This document shows, piece after piece, positions 9,910 through 19,056 of a stretch of DNA of 64,000 bases. This DNA is from an uncultured Spirochaetaceae bacterium (GTDB taxonomy: Bacteria; Spirochaetota; Spirochaetia; DSM-27196; SLST01), in NCBI GenBank assembly GCA_964537725.1, contig CAZICD010000010.1, forward strand, positions 497 to 64,496, in the 5' to 3' direction. Below the pieces are notes generated by a model. The model worked only from the letters and a program-made list of their open reading frames with translations, was not told the DNA's origin and did no database searches. Numbering within the stretch: position 1 is the first letter of the stretch; the number at the start of each line of letters is the position of its first letter. Made by a program: the position numbers and the translations under genes.

Positions 9910-11150
9910 TCGTCGACGCGACGCCTTCGGATCTTCTCGCGCAGTCTGCCCACCCGGTGCGCGACTCCGGGCAGGCTCGCGGCGGCGGCATCCTCGGCGA
10001 AGTACGCCTCGAGCGCAGCGAGCGCCGCTGCGGGATCCCGCCGATCGTGCTCGTGAATCTTCGCAATCTGTTCGACCACGCCGAGCGACCCATGCGCAAC
10101 CGGCTCGAGCACGCGTAACGCCTCCTCGCCCGCCCCGGCCCGCCGGTGCACGCGCGCGAGCAGCATCGCCGCGCGCACCGCGTACTCCCGCTCGGCGTCG
10201 GCCGCGGCGCGAGCGAGGAGCTCGAGCGCGACGGGCTCGTCGGAGAGGAGCAGCCACCGCCCGAGCTGGTACTCGTCGAGCCGCGGTTGCGCGAGCGGGC
10301 TGCGCAGCACCTCCTCGAGGCGCGCGAAGAGGTGGACGAGCGAGACGATGTCGAGCCTGTGGTGCTCGAAGACTCCAGAGAGCTCGCCCGCGTCGCGATG
10401 GCGCAGGAATCGGAAGTATCGGTCCGGAATCTCGACGCCGGGCACGTCGTCGGTGCGTCCGCGGTCGAGCACCGCGGCCTCGATGTCGCCGAGCGAGCAC
10501 GAGCCGAGCGACCGACGCCAGAGTCTGCGCGACCAGGGCAGCAGGTCGAGCTGCTCGCTCGCAAGCGGCGGAATCCCGTTCATGAGAAAGCGTGACTCGA
10601 GCAGCCGGGCGTCGAACGCCTTGCCGTTGTAGCTCACCCAGACCTCGCCGGCGAGCGCCTGCGCTACGCGCTCGAGAAACGACGGCTCGCCCGGAAAGTC
10701 GGCGAGCAGTACCTGGCGAACGCGCACGCGGTCGCCCTCGACCCGCCCGGCGCCGACGAGAAAGACGGTCGTCCCGGCGCCGCCGGATAGCCCGGTCGTC
10801 TCGGTGTCCATGAAGGCGAGCGACGCGGCGTCGACCTCGCGCCCGAGGACGCGGCTCTCGAGCCTGCGCTTCGCAGCGGTCGCGTCCGCGGCAGACGCTT
10901 CGCCGAACGCCTCGCCGAGCGCTTCGGCGACGCGAGGAGGGAGCGCCTCCACGGTCTCGCGCTCGAACACGAGCGGTGCGACCGGCGTCCACTCGTCGAG
11001 GCCCAGAAAGTCCAGGCGCTCGCCGGCGCCGTCGTCGTCGGGAGCGCGCGTCGCGCCCGACGGCCGCCCCGGCTTCGCGCCCGAGCGAATCCGTTTTAGC
11101 CGCTCGTAGAGATCACCCGCCACCGGCTCCCTCCGGTCCGGGGCGCGCAC
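9882..11150 (-). CDS. mrfB: YprB/MrfB-like RNase H-fold exonuclease with C-terminal helical repeats
   Basis: FMDTETTGLS (DEDD-type exonuclease motif I) followed by YNGKAFDARLL. Sits immediately downstream of, and overlaps, the DUF1998 helicase, as the yprA-yprB pair does in Bacillus. Confidence 0.6.
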   Translation of the reverse strand: MRAPDRREPVAGDLYERLKRIRSGAKPGRPSGATRAPDDDGAGERLDFLGLDEWTPVAPLVFERETVEALPPRVAEALGEAFGEASAADATAAKRRLESRVLGREVDAASLAFMDTETTGLSGGAGTTVFLVGAGRVEGDRVRVRQVLLADFPGEPSFLERVAQALAGEVWVSYNGKAFDARLLESRFLMNGIPPLASEQLDLLPWSRRLWRRSLGSCSLGDIEAAVLDRGRTDDVPGVEIPDRYFRFLRHRDAGELSGVFEHHRLDIVSLVHLFARLEEVLRSPLAQPRLDEYQLGRWLLLSDEPVALELLARAAADAEREYAVRAAMLLARVHRRAGAGEEALRVLEPVAHGSLGVVEQIAKIHEHDRRDPAAALAALEAYFAEDAAAASLPGVAHRVGRLREKIRRRRVDDYGAAGRSG

Positions 11151-13473
11151 CCGTAGCGTCGCCGGCGGGCGCTTGCGCGTCCACCGCCCCGAGCCACGAC
11201 GCGAGGAAGTGGTCGACCGCCGCCTTGGGGTTGCCGTCGATCTCCTCCTCCGGGTCGCGTGGGCCCACGCACGAAGGACACCCCTCCTCGCACGGGCAGG
11301 CGCGTACGAGGTCGAGGCTCGCGCCGAGGATCTCCTCGATCCGCGTCAGAAACGCCTCGCTGAGCCCGCTGCCGCCGGGATAGGAGTCGTAGACGTAGAG
11401 CGCGGGCGACTCGAAGTGCGGGTCGCGCACGCGCTCGGCTACGCCGATGTCGCCCGGGTCGCAGAGCAGGAACACCGGCGCGACGTTCTTCACGAGCGTC
11501 CCGATCCGGGAGAGCGCCGGGCCGATCTCGGTCGCGTCCATCGACTCGACCGCCCGACCCGCGTTCGACTCGGGAGGAAAGACCATCACGACGCTGCGCG
11601 TGTGCATCTCTTCCTCCGGCAGCGAGATCTCCCCGTAGCCGACGTTCTCGTGCGTGCCGAAGCGCAGCTTCTTGAACTTCGCGACCTGGCTGCGCACGAG
11701 GATGTCGCCCACGACGACCTGGCAGCCGGAGGTGACCGTTCGCTCGTCCTCCTCGAGCACCTTGATATCGCGCTTGACCAGCGCGTCGGTGAAGTAGTTG
11801 ACGTCGGTCGACTCCACGTAGCACCGTCTGTTCTCCAGGTCGAGCTGGGTGACCACGTACTCGTTGCCGCGGTGGATGTAGATCGCGTTGTCGAAGATGA
11901 GCTCCTTCGCCGAGGGCCGATCCATCTCGCCGATCACCTCGTGGCGGCCCTTCGTCGTGTCGACGATGATCACGTTGTCCGAGGTGGCGCTGCGAAGCGA
12001 GACCTCCTCGGCCGGGTAGGACCGGTCGGCCCAGTAGTACGCGTCGCCGGCGCGTCGGACGACGCCCCCCTCCTCGAGGTAGTCGAGCACCGCCTCGCTC
12101 TCCTCCGGGAAGTCGCCGCGGTCGCGGAAGGGAAGCTCGAAAACCGCGCACTTGAGGTGGTCGGTCAGGACGTACATGTTGTTCGCGTCCACGAAGCCGC
12201 TCTCGGGCGCCCTGCCGAGGAAGTATCCCGGGTGCTTGACCATGTACTGGTCGATCGGCGCCGCCGATGCGACCACGACCGCCAGGCTCACCGTATTCCG
12301 CCGACCGGCACGACCGGCCTGCTGCCAGGCCGAGGCGACCGATCCGGGGTAGCCGCCGAGCACCGCCGCGTCGAGCCCGCCGATGTCGATGCCCAGCTCG
12401 AGCGCGTTCGTCGAGACGACTCCGTGGATCGTACCGTCGCGCAACCCCTTCTCGATCGCCCGCCGTTCGTTCGGCAGGTAGCCCCCGCGGTACGCCTCGA
12501 CGCGGATACGCTCGTTCTCGTTGTAGACGTTCGCGAGGCTCCGGTTGATGTAGCTCGCGATGAGCTCGGTGCGCACGCGCGAGCGGGCGAAGACGATCGT
12601 CTTCACCCCGCCGCGCAGGAATCGCAGCGCGAGCCGCTGGGCTTCCTTGACCACGCCGCGGCGGATGCCCTGGACGCGATCGACGAGCGGCGGGTTGTAG
12701 AGGACGAGGTGCTTCTCGCCGGTCGGCGCGCCGTTGCGGTCGATCAGCAGCATCTCCTTCTCGACGATCCGCGAGGCGAGCTCGCCGGGGTTGCCGATCG
12801 TCGCCGAGCAGCAGATGAAGGTCGGGTCGGATCCGTAGAAGGCCGCGATGCGTTTCAGCCGCCGCACGAGGTTCGTCATGTGCGATCCGAAGATCCCGCG
12901 ATAGGTGTGGACCTCGTCGATCACGACGAACTTCAGGTTGCGCAGGAACTTGATCCACTTCGGGTGGTTCGGCAGGATCCCCGCGTGGAGCATGTCCGGA
13001 TTCGAGATGACGATCTGACCCTTGTCGCGGGCCGATACGCGCAGCGAGACCGGCGTGTCCCCGTCGTAGGTGACGATCTTCACCGGCAGATCGCCGCCCA
13101 TCACCGATTCGTTGAGCTCGGACTGCTGGTCCTGACTCAGCGCCTTGGTGGGGAAGAGGTAGAGCGCCCGACTCTCCGGCGACTCGATGAGCGTCTGCAG
13201 CACCGCGAGATTGTACGAGAGGGTCTTGCCGCTCGCGGTCGGCGTGACGACCACGAAATCCCGGCCCGCCCGGGCCGCGGCGTACGATTCGGCCTGGTGC
13301 GAGTAGAGGCGAGTGATCCCGCGCGAGGCGAGCGCAGTCCGGATGGAGGGGTCGAGGTCGTCGGGCAGCGGGGCGTACGTCCCCTCGCGCGCAGGGATCC
13401 GCTCCCACCTCGTTACGCACGACATGAATCGAGCGTCATCCTCGAGACTCCTGATCAGCTCGTGCACGCGCAC
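11113..13473 (-). CDS. mrfA: DEAD/DEAH-box helicase with C-terminal DUF1998 zinc module (YprA/MrfA-like)
   Basis: Walker A TASGKT and DEVH box (VVIDEVHTY). Also SATIGN, QQAGRAGRR and a C-terminal Cys cluster CPCEEGCPSCV. The true start may be GTG 13467, given the spacing from the GGGAGGGG SD. Confidence 0.8.
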   Translation of the reverse strand: MRVHELIRSLEDDARFMSCVTRWERIPAREGTYAPLPDDLDPSIRTALASRGITRLYSHQAESYAAARAGRDFVVVTPTASGKTLSYNLAVLQTLIESPESRALYLFPTKALSQDQQSELNESVMGGDLPVKIVTYDGDTPVSLRVSARDKGQIVISNPDMLHAGILPNHPKWIKFLRNLKFVVIDEVHTYRGIFGSHMTNLVRRLKRIAAFYGSDPTFICCSATIGNPGELASRIVEKEMLLIDRNGAPTGEKHLVLYNPPLVDRVQGIRRGVVKEAQRLALRFLRGGVKTIVFARSRVRTELIASYINRSLANVYNENERIRVEAYRGGYLPNERRAIEKGLRDGTIHGVVSTNALELGIDIGGLDAAVLGGYPGSVASAWQQAGRAGRRNTVSLAVVVASAAPIDQYMVKHPGYFLGRAPESGFVDANNMYVLTDHLKCAVFELPFRDRGDFPEESEAVLDYLEEGGVVRRAGDAYYWADRSYPAEEVSLRSATSDNVIIVDTTKGRHEVIGEMDRPSAKELIFDNAIYIHRGNEYVVTQLDLENRRCYVESTDVNYFTDALVKRDIKVLEEDERTVTSGCQVVVGDILVRSQVAKFKKLRFGTHENVGYGEISLPEEEMHTRSVVMVFPPESNAGRAVESMDATEIGPALSRIGTLVKNVAPVFLLCDPGDIGVAERVRDPHFESPALYVYDSYPGGSGLSEAFLTRIEEILGASLDLVRACPCEEGCPSCVGPRDPEEEIDGNPKAAVDHFLASWLGAVDAQAPAGDATGARPGPEGAGGG

Positions 13474-13485
13474 CCCTCCCAGGTC

Positions 13486-13494
13486 ATAGTAGCA
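13486..13494 (-). promoter_or_regulatory. putative extended -10 promoter for mrfA-like helicase
   Basis: Minus strand reads TGC-TACTAT (TGn extended -10), 12 nt before GTG 13473. No good -35. Confidence 0.25.
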
Positions 13495-13525
13495 CCTTTT
13501 TCATCCAAAGCTCACGATCGCTTTC

Positions 13526-13554
13526 TTGACCGCTGCCATATGCGGGCGTAGACT
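13526..13554 (+). promoter_or_regulatory. putative sigma-70 promoter for glgC (leaderless geometry)
   Basis: TTGACC (13526-13531), 17 nt, TAGACT (13549-13554), then 6 nt (ACATCG) before ATG 13561. No SD. Confidence 0.45.
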
Positions 13555-13560
13555 ACATCG

Positions 13561-14847
13561 ATGCCGAAAACGAACGTCCTGACCATTGTCCTCGGCGGAG
13601 GCAAGGGGACGAGGCTCTACCCGCTGACGATGAACCGCGCGAAACCGGCCGTACCGTTCGGCGCCAAGTACCGGCTCGTCGACATTCCGCTCTCGAACAG
13701 CATCAACGCCGGCTTCAAGAAGATCTACGTGCTCACGCAGTTCAACACCGCCTCGCTGCACCTGCACATCTCGAACGCGTACATCTTCGACGCGTTCACG
13801 AAGGGCTTCGTCGAGATCCTCGCCGCCGAGCAGACGTTCGACCACGAGGGGTGGTACGAGGGTACCGGTGACGCGGTCCGCAAGAACTTCGTCCACTTCC
13901 GCACCCAGGCGCCCGAGCACTACCTGATACTCTCCGGAGACCAGCTCTACCGGATGAATCTGGAGGAGTTCTTCGCGCACCATATCGAACACGACAACGA
14001 GGTGACGATCGCCGCGACGACGGTCGACCGATCGCAGGCAGTCGGACTGGGCATTCTCACCGTCGATCCCGACGGACGCATCGTCGAGTTCACCGAGAAG
14101 CCGCCACTGGACGTCGACATTTCGCACATGAAGGTACCATCGGAGCTTCATCCGAACAAGGATCACCTCGCCCACGGACGCGAGTACCTCGCGTCCATGG
14201 GGATCTACTGCTTCAAGGCGTCCGCGCTCGAGCGAGCCCTCGACAACGACCTCGCCGACTTCGGCAAGGAGATCATCCCCATGATGATCGAGGGCAGGCA
14301 GGCAGGCGCCTACGTCTACTCGGGCTTCTGGGAAGACATCGGGACGATCAAGAACTTCTACGAGACGAATCTCAACCTGGCGAACATAGACCCGGCGTTC
14401 AACTTCTACCTCGAGAACTCGCCCATCTACACCCGCAAACGCGATCTGCCGCCGAGCAAGTTCAACAACTGCACGATCTCGCAGACGATCACCGCGGACG
14501 GCTGCATCATCACCGACGCGGTGATCCGCGATTCGGTGGTGGGTATCCGGACGATCATCGAGCGCGGCAGCGAGCTCCACGGCGTCGTCTGCATGGGGGC
14601 CGAATACTACGAGACCGCGGAGCAACACACGCTCAACCGGGAACGCGGGATCCCGAACCTGGGAATCGGTGAGGACACGAAGGTCGCCCGCGCGATCATC
14701 GACAAGGACGCGCGAATCGGCGCGGGGTGCCGAATCGGAGTGGGCGAACGCTTCCCCGACGACGGAGACTACGGCTCGTACTACGTTCGCGACGGGATCA
14801 TCATCGTACCGAAGAACGGCGTCATACCGGCAGGCACGGTCATCTGA
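13561..14847 (+). CDS. glgC: glucose-1-phosphate adenylyltransferase
   Basis: LGGGKGTRLYPLTMNRAKPAVPFG, then YRLVDIPLSN, plus a C-terminal left-handed beta-helix region. Confidence 0.9.
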   Translation: MPKTNVLTIVLGGGKGTRLYPLTMNRAKPAVPFGAKYRLVDIPLSNSINAGFKKIYVLTQFNTASLHLHISNAYIFDAFTKGFVEILAAEQTFDHEGWYEGTGDAVRKNFVHFRTQAPEHYLILSGDQLYRMNLEEFFAHHIEHDNEVTIAATTVDRSQAVGLGILTVDPDGRIVEFTEKPPLDVDISHMKVPSELHPNKDHLAHGREYLASMGIYCFKASALERALDNDLADFGKEIIPMMIEGRQAGAYVYSGFWEDIGTIKNFYETNLNLANIDPAFNFYLENSPIYTRKRDLPPSKFNNCTISQTITADGCIITDAVIRDSVVGIRTIIERGSELHGVVCMGAEYYETAEQHTLNRERGIPNLGIGEDTKVARAIIDKDARIGAGCRIGVGERFPDDGDYGSYYVRDGIIIVPKNGVIPAGTVI

Positions 14848-15226
14848 GATCGGCAGGCAGCGCGCGCAGCAGCGACGCGTCCGACGGCGCGAGCCGCAGG
14901 CGCAGCGCCTCGTCGACCGTGTAGAAGGCCATCTCCTCGTGCTCGTACAGCCTCGCAGACTCCACGTCCGCGCTCACCTCGAAGCCGATCAGACGGAAAC
15001 GCAGGCCCGCGTGTCGGAACTCCGCCTCCGCAACCGCGTCGCCCACCTCGGCGTCGAGGCCCAGCTCCTCGGCGAGCTCACGGCACAGCGCCGCCTCGGC
15101 CCGCTCGTCCGCGTCCACCTTTCCGCCCGGCAGCTCCCAGCACTCGCCCAGGTCGCCACCCGGCGGCCGACGCACGAACAGATAGGCGTGGCCGCGTCGT
15201 ATCAGCGCCGCGGTCGAAGTCCTCAT
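14840..15226 (-). CDS. NUDIX hydrolase (MutT-like)
   Basis: Nudix box GGKVDADERAEAALCRELAEELG. The 3' end overlaps the glgC stop by 8 nt (convergent). Confidence 0.8.
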   Translation of the reverse strand: MRTSTAALIRRGHAYLFVRRPPGGDLGECWELPGGKVDADERAEAALCRELAEELGLDAEVGDAVAEAEFRHAGLRFRLIGFEVSADVESARLYEHEEMAFYTVDEALRLRLAPSDASLLRALPADLR

Positions 15227-15229
15227 CGT

Positions 15230-15643
15230 CTACAGGAAGAGCACCCGGTGGAACAGGAAGTGCAGAATCGCGATGAGCAGACCCAGGTACGCGAGGTTTC
15301 CCGCGTTCTGGAGAAACAGCCGGTCGAGCCGATCCACGAACGACGATTCGACCGTGCTCTTCGCGCGGTAGTAGCCGAGGACGAGCGTGCCGCCCAGGAC
15401 CATTCCCGCGGCGGCCGGCACCAGGTTTCCGAGAATGATCGTGTCGTCCGGGTGCACGCTCAGGAACTGGAACAGCCCGACCAGCGCGGTCACAACGCCC
15501 AACCCGAAGCGGTATCCCTGGCTGCGCATGAGATCGGCGTTGAAGAACGAACCGACGTGCAGACGCTCCTCGAGCCGCTCGAAACCCAGCGAGACGCTCG
15601 CGAGAATCAACGTCACGACCGATAGCAGGTAGACCTGGTACAT
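15230..15643 (-). CDS. small multi-pass membrane protein, unknown function
   Basis: About four hydrophobic helices starting at MYQVYLLSVVTLILASV. The ORF extends to 15691, but that prefix is not hydrophobic. No recognisable motif. Confidence 0.5.
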   Translation of the reverse strand: MYQVYLLSVVTLILASVSLGFERLEERLHVGSFFNADLMRSQGYRFGLGVVTALVGLFQFLSVHPDDTIILGNLVPAAAGMVLGGTLVLGYYRAKSTVESSFVDRLDRLFLQNAGNLAYLGLLIAILHFLFHRVLFL

Positions 15644-15687
15644 TGCTCGCTCTCCTCGTCCCAGAGTATCGGCTGGCACGCATGCGG

Positions 15688-16218
15688 TCAATCGTCGGCG
15701 ATCGGGATCTCCACGGCACTCCGGCGCCCGAGCGCCTCGACCTCCACGGGAACGGTCTCGGGCTCGCCGCGGCCGAGCGCGTCGACCGGGAAGACGTGCC
15801 GTACGGTGATGGGAAAGTCGGGGGCCGACGGAAGCACGTCGGTCGACGAGGTACCGTCGGGAAAGCGGAGCGTCACGAGTGTCTGTTCGCCCTCACGCAC
15901 CCCCCCGTCCTCGTCGAGCTCGACGGTCACCGTCGCGTAGACCTCATCCTCGAACACGAACGCGCTGCCCTCTACGGTGTAGCCGTCGAACCGGGCCAGA
16001 GCATCGCTCGCCCCGGGCCGGAAGAAGACCATGTAGAGCGCAAAGATGATGAGCACGAGCAGCAGGTCGAGCAGCGTGATCGCGAGCGAGCGGTTGCGCT
16101 GGAAGATTCCGCCTCGGGCAGGCTCGCGCTCGCCGCGGTCGCCGAGCCGCTCCTCCCGGTCGTAGTGAAAGCCCAGGTCGCCACGGCCGCTCGTTTCGGC
16201 ACTCCGCTTCCGGTTCAT
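15688..16218 (-). CDS. single-pass membrane protein, unknown function
   Basis: 176 aa starting MNRKRS. One TM helix (LAITLLDLLLVLIIFALYMVFF). ATGA overlap with the nnr stop (16215-16218). Confidence 0.5.
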   Translation of the reverse strand: MNRKRSAETSGRGDLGFHYDREERLGDRGEREPARGGIFQRNRSLAITLLDLLLVLIIFALYMVFFRPGASDALARFDGYTVEGSAFVFEDEVYATVTVELDEDGGVREGEQTLVTLRFPDGTSSTDVLPSAPDFPITVRHVFPVDALGRGEPETVPVEVEALGRRSAVEIPIADD

Positions 16219-17756
16219 TGGCGGCCCGGGTCCCTGCCGCCGCTCGCCCCGCGGGCCCGGTCGCGGGTGTCGGCGACCGCGGCGAGCTCGACCGCGAGCT
16301 CGTCGGCGACGAAGACCCCGACGCGCTCGCGAAGCCTCCGTCCGGCCTCCTGATGAACGACCGCCGCAGCGCGGGCCGCGGCCCACCCGTCCATGCCGCC
16401 GGCGAGCAGGCCGCCGATCGCCCCGGCGAGCACGTCGCCGGTGCCGCCGGTTCCCATCGTCGGGTTGACGCCGTCGACGACGGCGTAGCGCCCGTCGGGG
16501 TGGGCCACCACGAGTACGTGTGACTTGGCCGCGACCACCGCTCCCGTCCGTCGCGCGAGCTCGGCGGCCGCGTCGAAGAACCGCGCACGCACGTCGTCCG
16601 ACGTGCGGCCGAGCGCGCGGGCGAGCTCGCCGGGATGAGGCGTGAGTACCCAACCGTCGTCGAGTCGCGGAGGATCGGCCAGCCGCGCGAAGAGGGTGAT
16701 CGCGTCCGCGTCGAGCACTCCCCGGCTCACGCGACCGACGAGGTCGCGCAGGTGCGCCTGCCGCTCGTCGGACATCCCCCACCCCGGGCCGACCACCGCC
16801 GCGTCGGTGCCGGCTGCCTCGAGCGCTGCGGCCGCGTCTTCGATCGAATCGAAGGGGCGGGCCATGACAGAGCGCACGCTCGACGCGACGATCGGGTAGA
16901 TCTCGCGGTCGGCGTAGATCGTGACGAGTCCGGCACGGCACCGCTGCGCGCCTTCGGCGGCGAGCACCGCGGCCCCGGTCGTTCCGACGTTGCCCGCGAA
17001 GACGGCGACGACACCCCGGCGGTGCTTGTACGCGTCCACCGCCAGCGGCGGCAGCAGCGTGCGAAGATCGGTCGCGTCGAGGAGCTCGCCCGGAATCTCC
17101 GGGTCTTCGAGGAGCGCACGAGGAAAGGAAACCGGGACGACGACGACCTCCCCGCATTCCAGGCGCGCGGCGGGCAGGTAGAGGCACGCCTTGGGCAATC
17201 CCATCGTGAGCGTCCAGGTCGCCCGCACGGCGGGCATCTCCTGCGTCCAGGTATCGCTGAGCCCGCTCGGCGCGTCCACGGCCGCAACGGCGCCGGCGGC
17301 TGCGTTGATCGCGGCGACGATCGCGTCCAGGGGCGCGCGGAGCGCGCCGCGGATTCCGGTGCCGCTCAACCCGTCGACGATCACGTCGGCGGCGGAGATG
17401 AGCTCGCGCGCGCCCGCTTCGGCCTCCGGCCAGACCACCGGCTCGACGCCGAGCTCGCGCACGACCGCCGCGTGCAGCCGGGCCTGCTCGCCGAGCTCGT
17501 CCAGTCTCGCCGCGAGCACGACGCTCGTCGGATATCCCTTCCCGATCGCGTAGCGCGCCATGACCAGGGCGTCACCGCCGTTGTTGCCCTTCCCGGCGAC
17601 GACGCAGATCCGCGGGCACGAGTCGGCAAGGCGAGCCTCGAGCTCCTGCCACGCCTGAAGGCCGGCGCTTTCCATGAGGACCAGGCCGGGGATGCCGTAC
17701 TCGTCGCGCGCGCGGCGGTCGATCTCCTGCATGGCGTCGGTGGTGACGAGTCTCAT
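16215..17756 (-). CDS. nnr: bifunctional NAD(P)H-hydrate repair enzyme (epimerase/dehydratase)
   Basis: N-terminal YjeF_N ([24 protein letters not shown]) and a C-terminal carbohydrate-kinase-like part (GTGDVLAG). ATGA overlap with the upstream lipoprotein stop. Confidence 0.85.
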   Translation of the reverse strand: MRLVTTDAMQEIDRRARDEYGIPGLVLMESAGLQAWQELEARLADSCPRICVVAGKGNNGGDALVMARYAIGKGYPTSVVLAARLDELGEQARLHAAVVRELGVEPVVWPEAEAGARELISAADVIVDGLSGTGIRGALRAPLDAIVAAINAAAGAVAAVDAPSGLSDTWTQEMPAVRATWTLTMGLPKACLYLPAARLECGEVVVVPVSFPRALLEDPEIPGELLDATDLRTLLPPLAVDAYKHRRGVVAVFAGNVGTTGAAVLAAEGAQRCRAGLVTIYADREIYPIVASSVRSVMARPFDSIEDAAAALEAAGTDAAVVGPGWGMSDERQAHLRDLVGRVSRGVLDADAITLFARLADPPRLDDGWVLTPHPGELARALGRTSDDVRARFFDAAAELARRTGAVVAAKSHVLVVAHPDGRYAVVDGVNPTMGTGGTGDVLAGAIGGLLAGGMDGWAAARAAAVVHQEAGRRLRERVGVFVADELAVELAAVADTRDRARGASGGRDPGRQ

Positions 17757-18979
17757 CGGCCGTTCCCCCCCTCGAAGAGGCGGTCGGTCCGCCACCACAC
17801 GATGTCGACATCCTCCCGCGTCGCGATGAGCGCGCTGAGGATTCCACTGTGCGAGAGGTGCAGGTCCCTGATCACGATCTCATTGTAGTCGATGTCCAGC
17901 GCTCGACGGCGCACGACCTTCCCGGACGTGTGCAGGATGAGAAGCTGGGTACGCTCTCTGCTCTCCTGGCTCAACAGGAAGAGGTGCTCGCCCGAGGCAG
18001 CGCCGACGAACTCGTAGTAGAACTCCTCCTCCTCGCCGAAGCGTCCGAGCACATCGTCTCGCCTGACGTTCGCCGGTACGTCCACGAACCCCTCGTAGCT
18101 GCCGTCGTCAATATCGATCCAGTAGATCCGGCTCATGAGGCGGTCGACCGCGCTCGCTCCGTCCGTGGCGATATCCGCATCGGAGACGTAGTAGTTGACC
18201 TTCGCGTAGAGCCGCCGCAGCTCGTGATCGGCGTGCAGCGATTCGAGGATGGGCGACGCGGCCACCTCTTCGGGAACCGGCAGCGTGTCCGGCGTGATCT
18301 CGATGCGCCGCAGAAGCGTTCCGTCCGACGCGAACCAGAAGACGATCGATCGCGGGGGTGCGGTCGTGACCACGACGATCTCATCGTTCGCCGTCACGTC
18401 GATCTGTTGGATATACGGGAAGAAGTCGCCTCCGATTCCCTGCTGTCCGAGGTAGTCGATCTGGTTGCCGCTGCGGTCGAGGCGAACGACGACCCGGTTG
18501 AGTCTGACTCCCAGGTCTTCGTCGAACACCGCGACGCGGTCGGGCACCTGATCCTCCACGAGCAGCGTGTTGTCGCTGGTCACCGCAACCTCGCCCACGA
18601 CGTTGAACTCGTACTCGTAGGCGCGTCGATTCGTCAGCCGTACCTCGTCGTTGGCGGCCTGCAGCATCACCGGGCGTGGGTTCTGGGCGGGGTTGTAGTA
18701 GAGCGTGAGCAGGTCGCCGTAGGAGGTGAACTCCATGATCCGGTTGCCGTATCCGCTCGCGATGAAGAAGAGGCCGCCACGCATCGCGAGTCGGGTCTTG
18801 CGCGTCACAGCCGATCCGTCGAGAAACAGCTCGACCTGGTCCTCCATCTTGCCGTACTGCAGCGAGAACAGACGCTCCTCCTGCAGGACCGGCACGTGGG
18901 CCGACGAACATCCGAAGAGGACGGAACCGACCAGGACCGGAAACAAAACGAGGGTCGCAGAGCGCAGGAATCGCCGCAT
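17753..18979 (-). CDS. lipoprotein, unknown function
   Basis: Signal peptide with lipobox LVGSVLFGC. The rest is beta-rich with no motif I recognise. Confidence 0.6.
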   Translation of the reverse strand: MRRFLRSATLVLFPVLVGSVLFGCSSAHVPVLQEERLFSLQYGKMEDQVELFLDGSAVTRKTRLAMRGGLFFIASGYGNRIMEFTSYGDLLTLYYNPAQNPRPVMLQAANDEVRLTNRRAYEYEFNVVGEVAVTSDNTLLVEDQVPDRVAVFDEDLGVRLNRVVVRLDRSGNQIDYLGQQGIGGDFFPYIQQIDVTANDEIVVVTTAPPRSIVFWFASDGTLLRRIEITPDTLPVPEEVAASPILESLHADHELRRLYAKVNYYVSDADIATDGASAVDRLMSRIYWIDIDDGSYEGFVDVPANVRRDDVLGRFGEEEEFYYEFVGAASGEHLFLLSQESRERTQLLILHTSGKVVRRRALDIDYNEIVIRDLHLSHSGILSALIATREDVDIVWWRTDRLFEGGNGR

Positions 18980-18988
18980 TGTGGTCCG

Positions 18989-19018
18989 ATACTACCGGCG
19001 CGCGGCTTGAACTGTCAA
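18989..19018 (-). promoter_or_regulatory. putative sigma-70 promoter for the lipoprotein-nnr operon
   Basis: Minus strand reads TTGACA (19018-19013), 18 nt, TAGTAT (18994-18989), then 9 nt before ATG 18979. Confidence 0.45.
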
Positions 19019-19020
19019 TC

Positions 19021-19050
19021 TTGACCGGCTTCTCACCCGCCCGCTACATT
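19021..19050 (+). promoter_or_regulatory. putative sigma-70 promoter for secA (leaderless geometry)
   Basis: TTGACC (19021-19026), 18 nt, TACATT (19045-19050), then 6 nt (GATCCT) before ATG 19057. No SD. Confidence 0.45.
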
Positions 19051-19056
19051 GATCCT

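Noticed and set aside
7210-10992. 1260-aa ORF on the minus strand spanning GH3, GNAT, glgA and part of the exonuclease gene
   Set aside because: Its composition is extremely Arg/Ala/Gly/Pro-rich with no motifs. It lies antisense to several genes with clear catalytic motifs. This is the typical stop-codon-poor antisense frame of GC-rich DNA.
11113-13473. DUF1998-type helicase as part of a phage-defence system (DISARM-like or similar)
   Set aside because: The only partner is a YprB-type exonuclease. No methyltransferase, PLD nuclease, DUF1998-adjacent DrmB-like gene or other defence genes are present. The flanks are glycogen metabolism genes. The MrfAB repair pair is the simpler reading.
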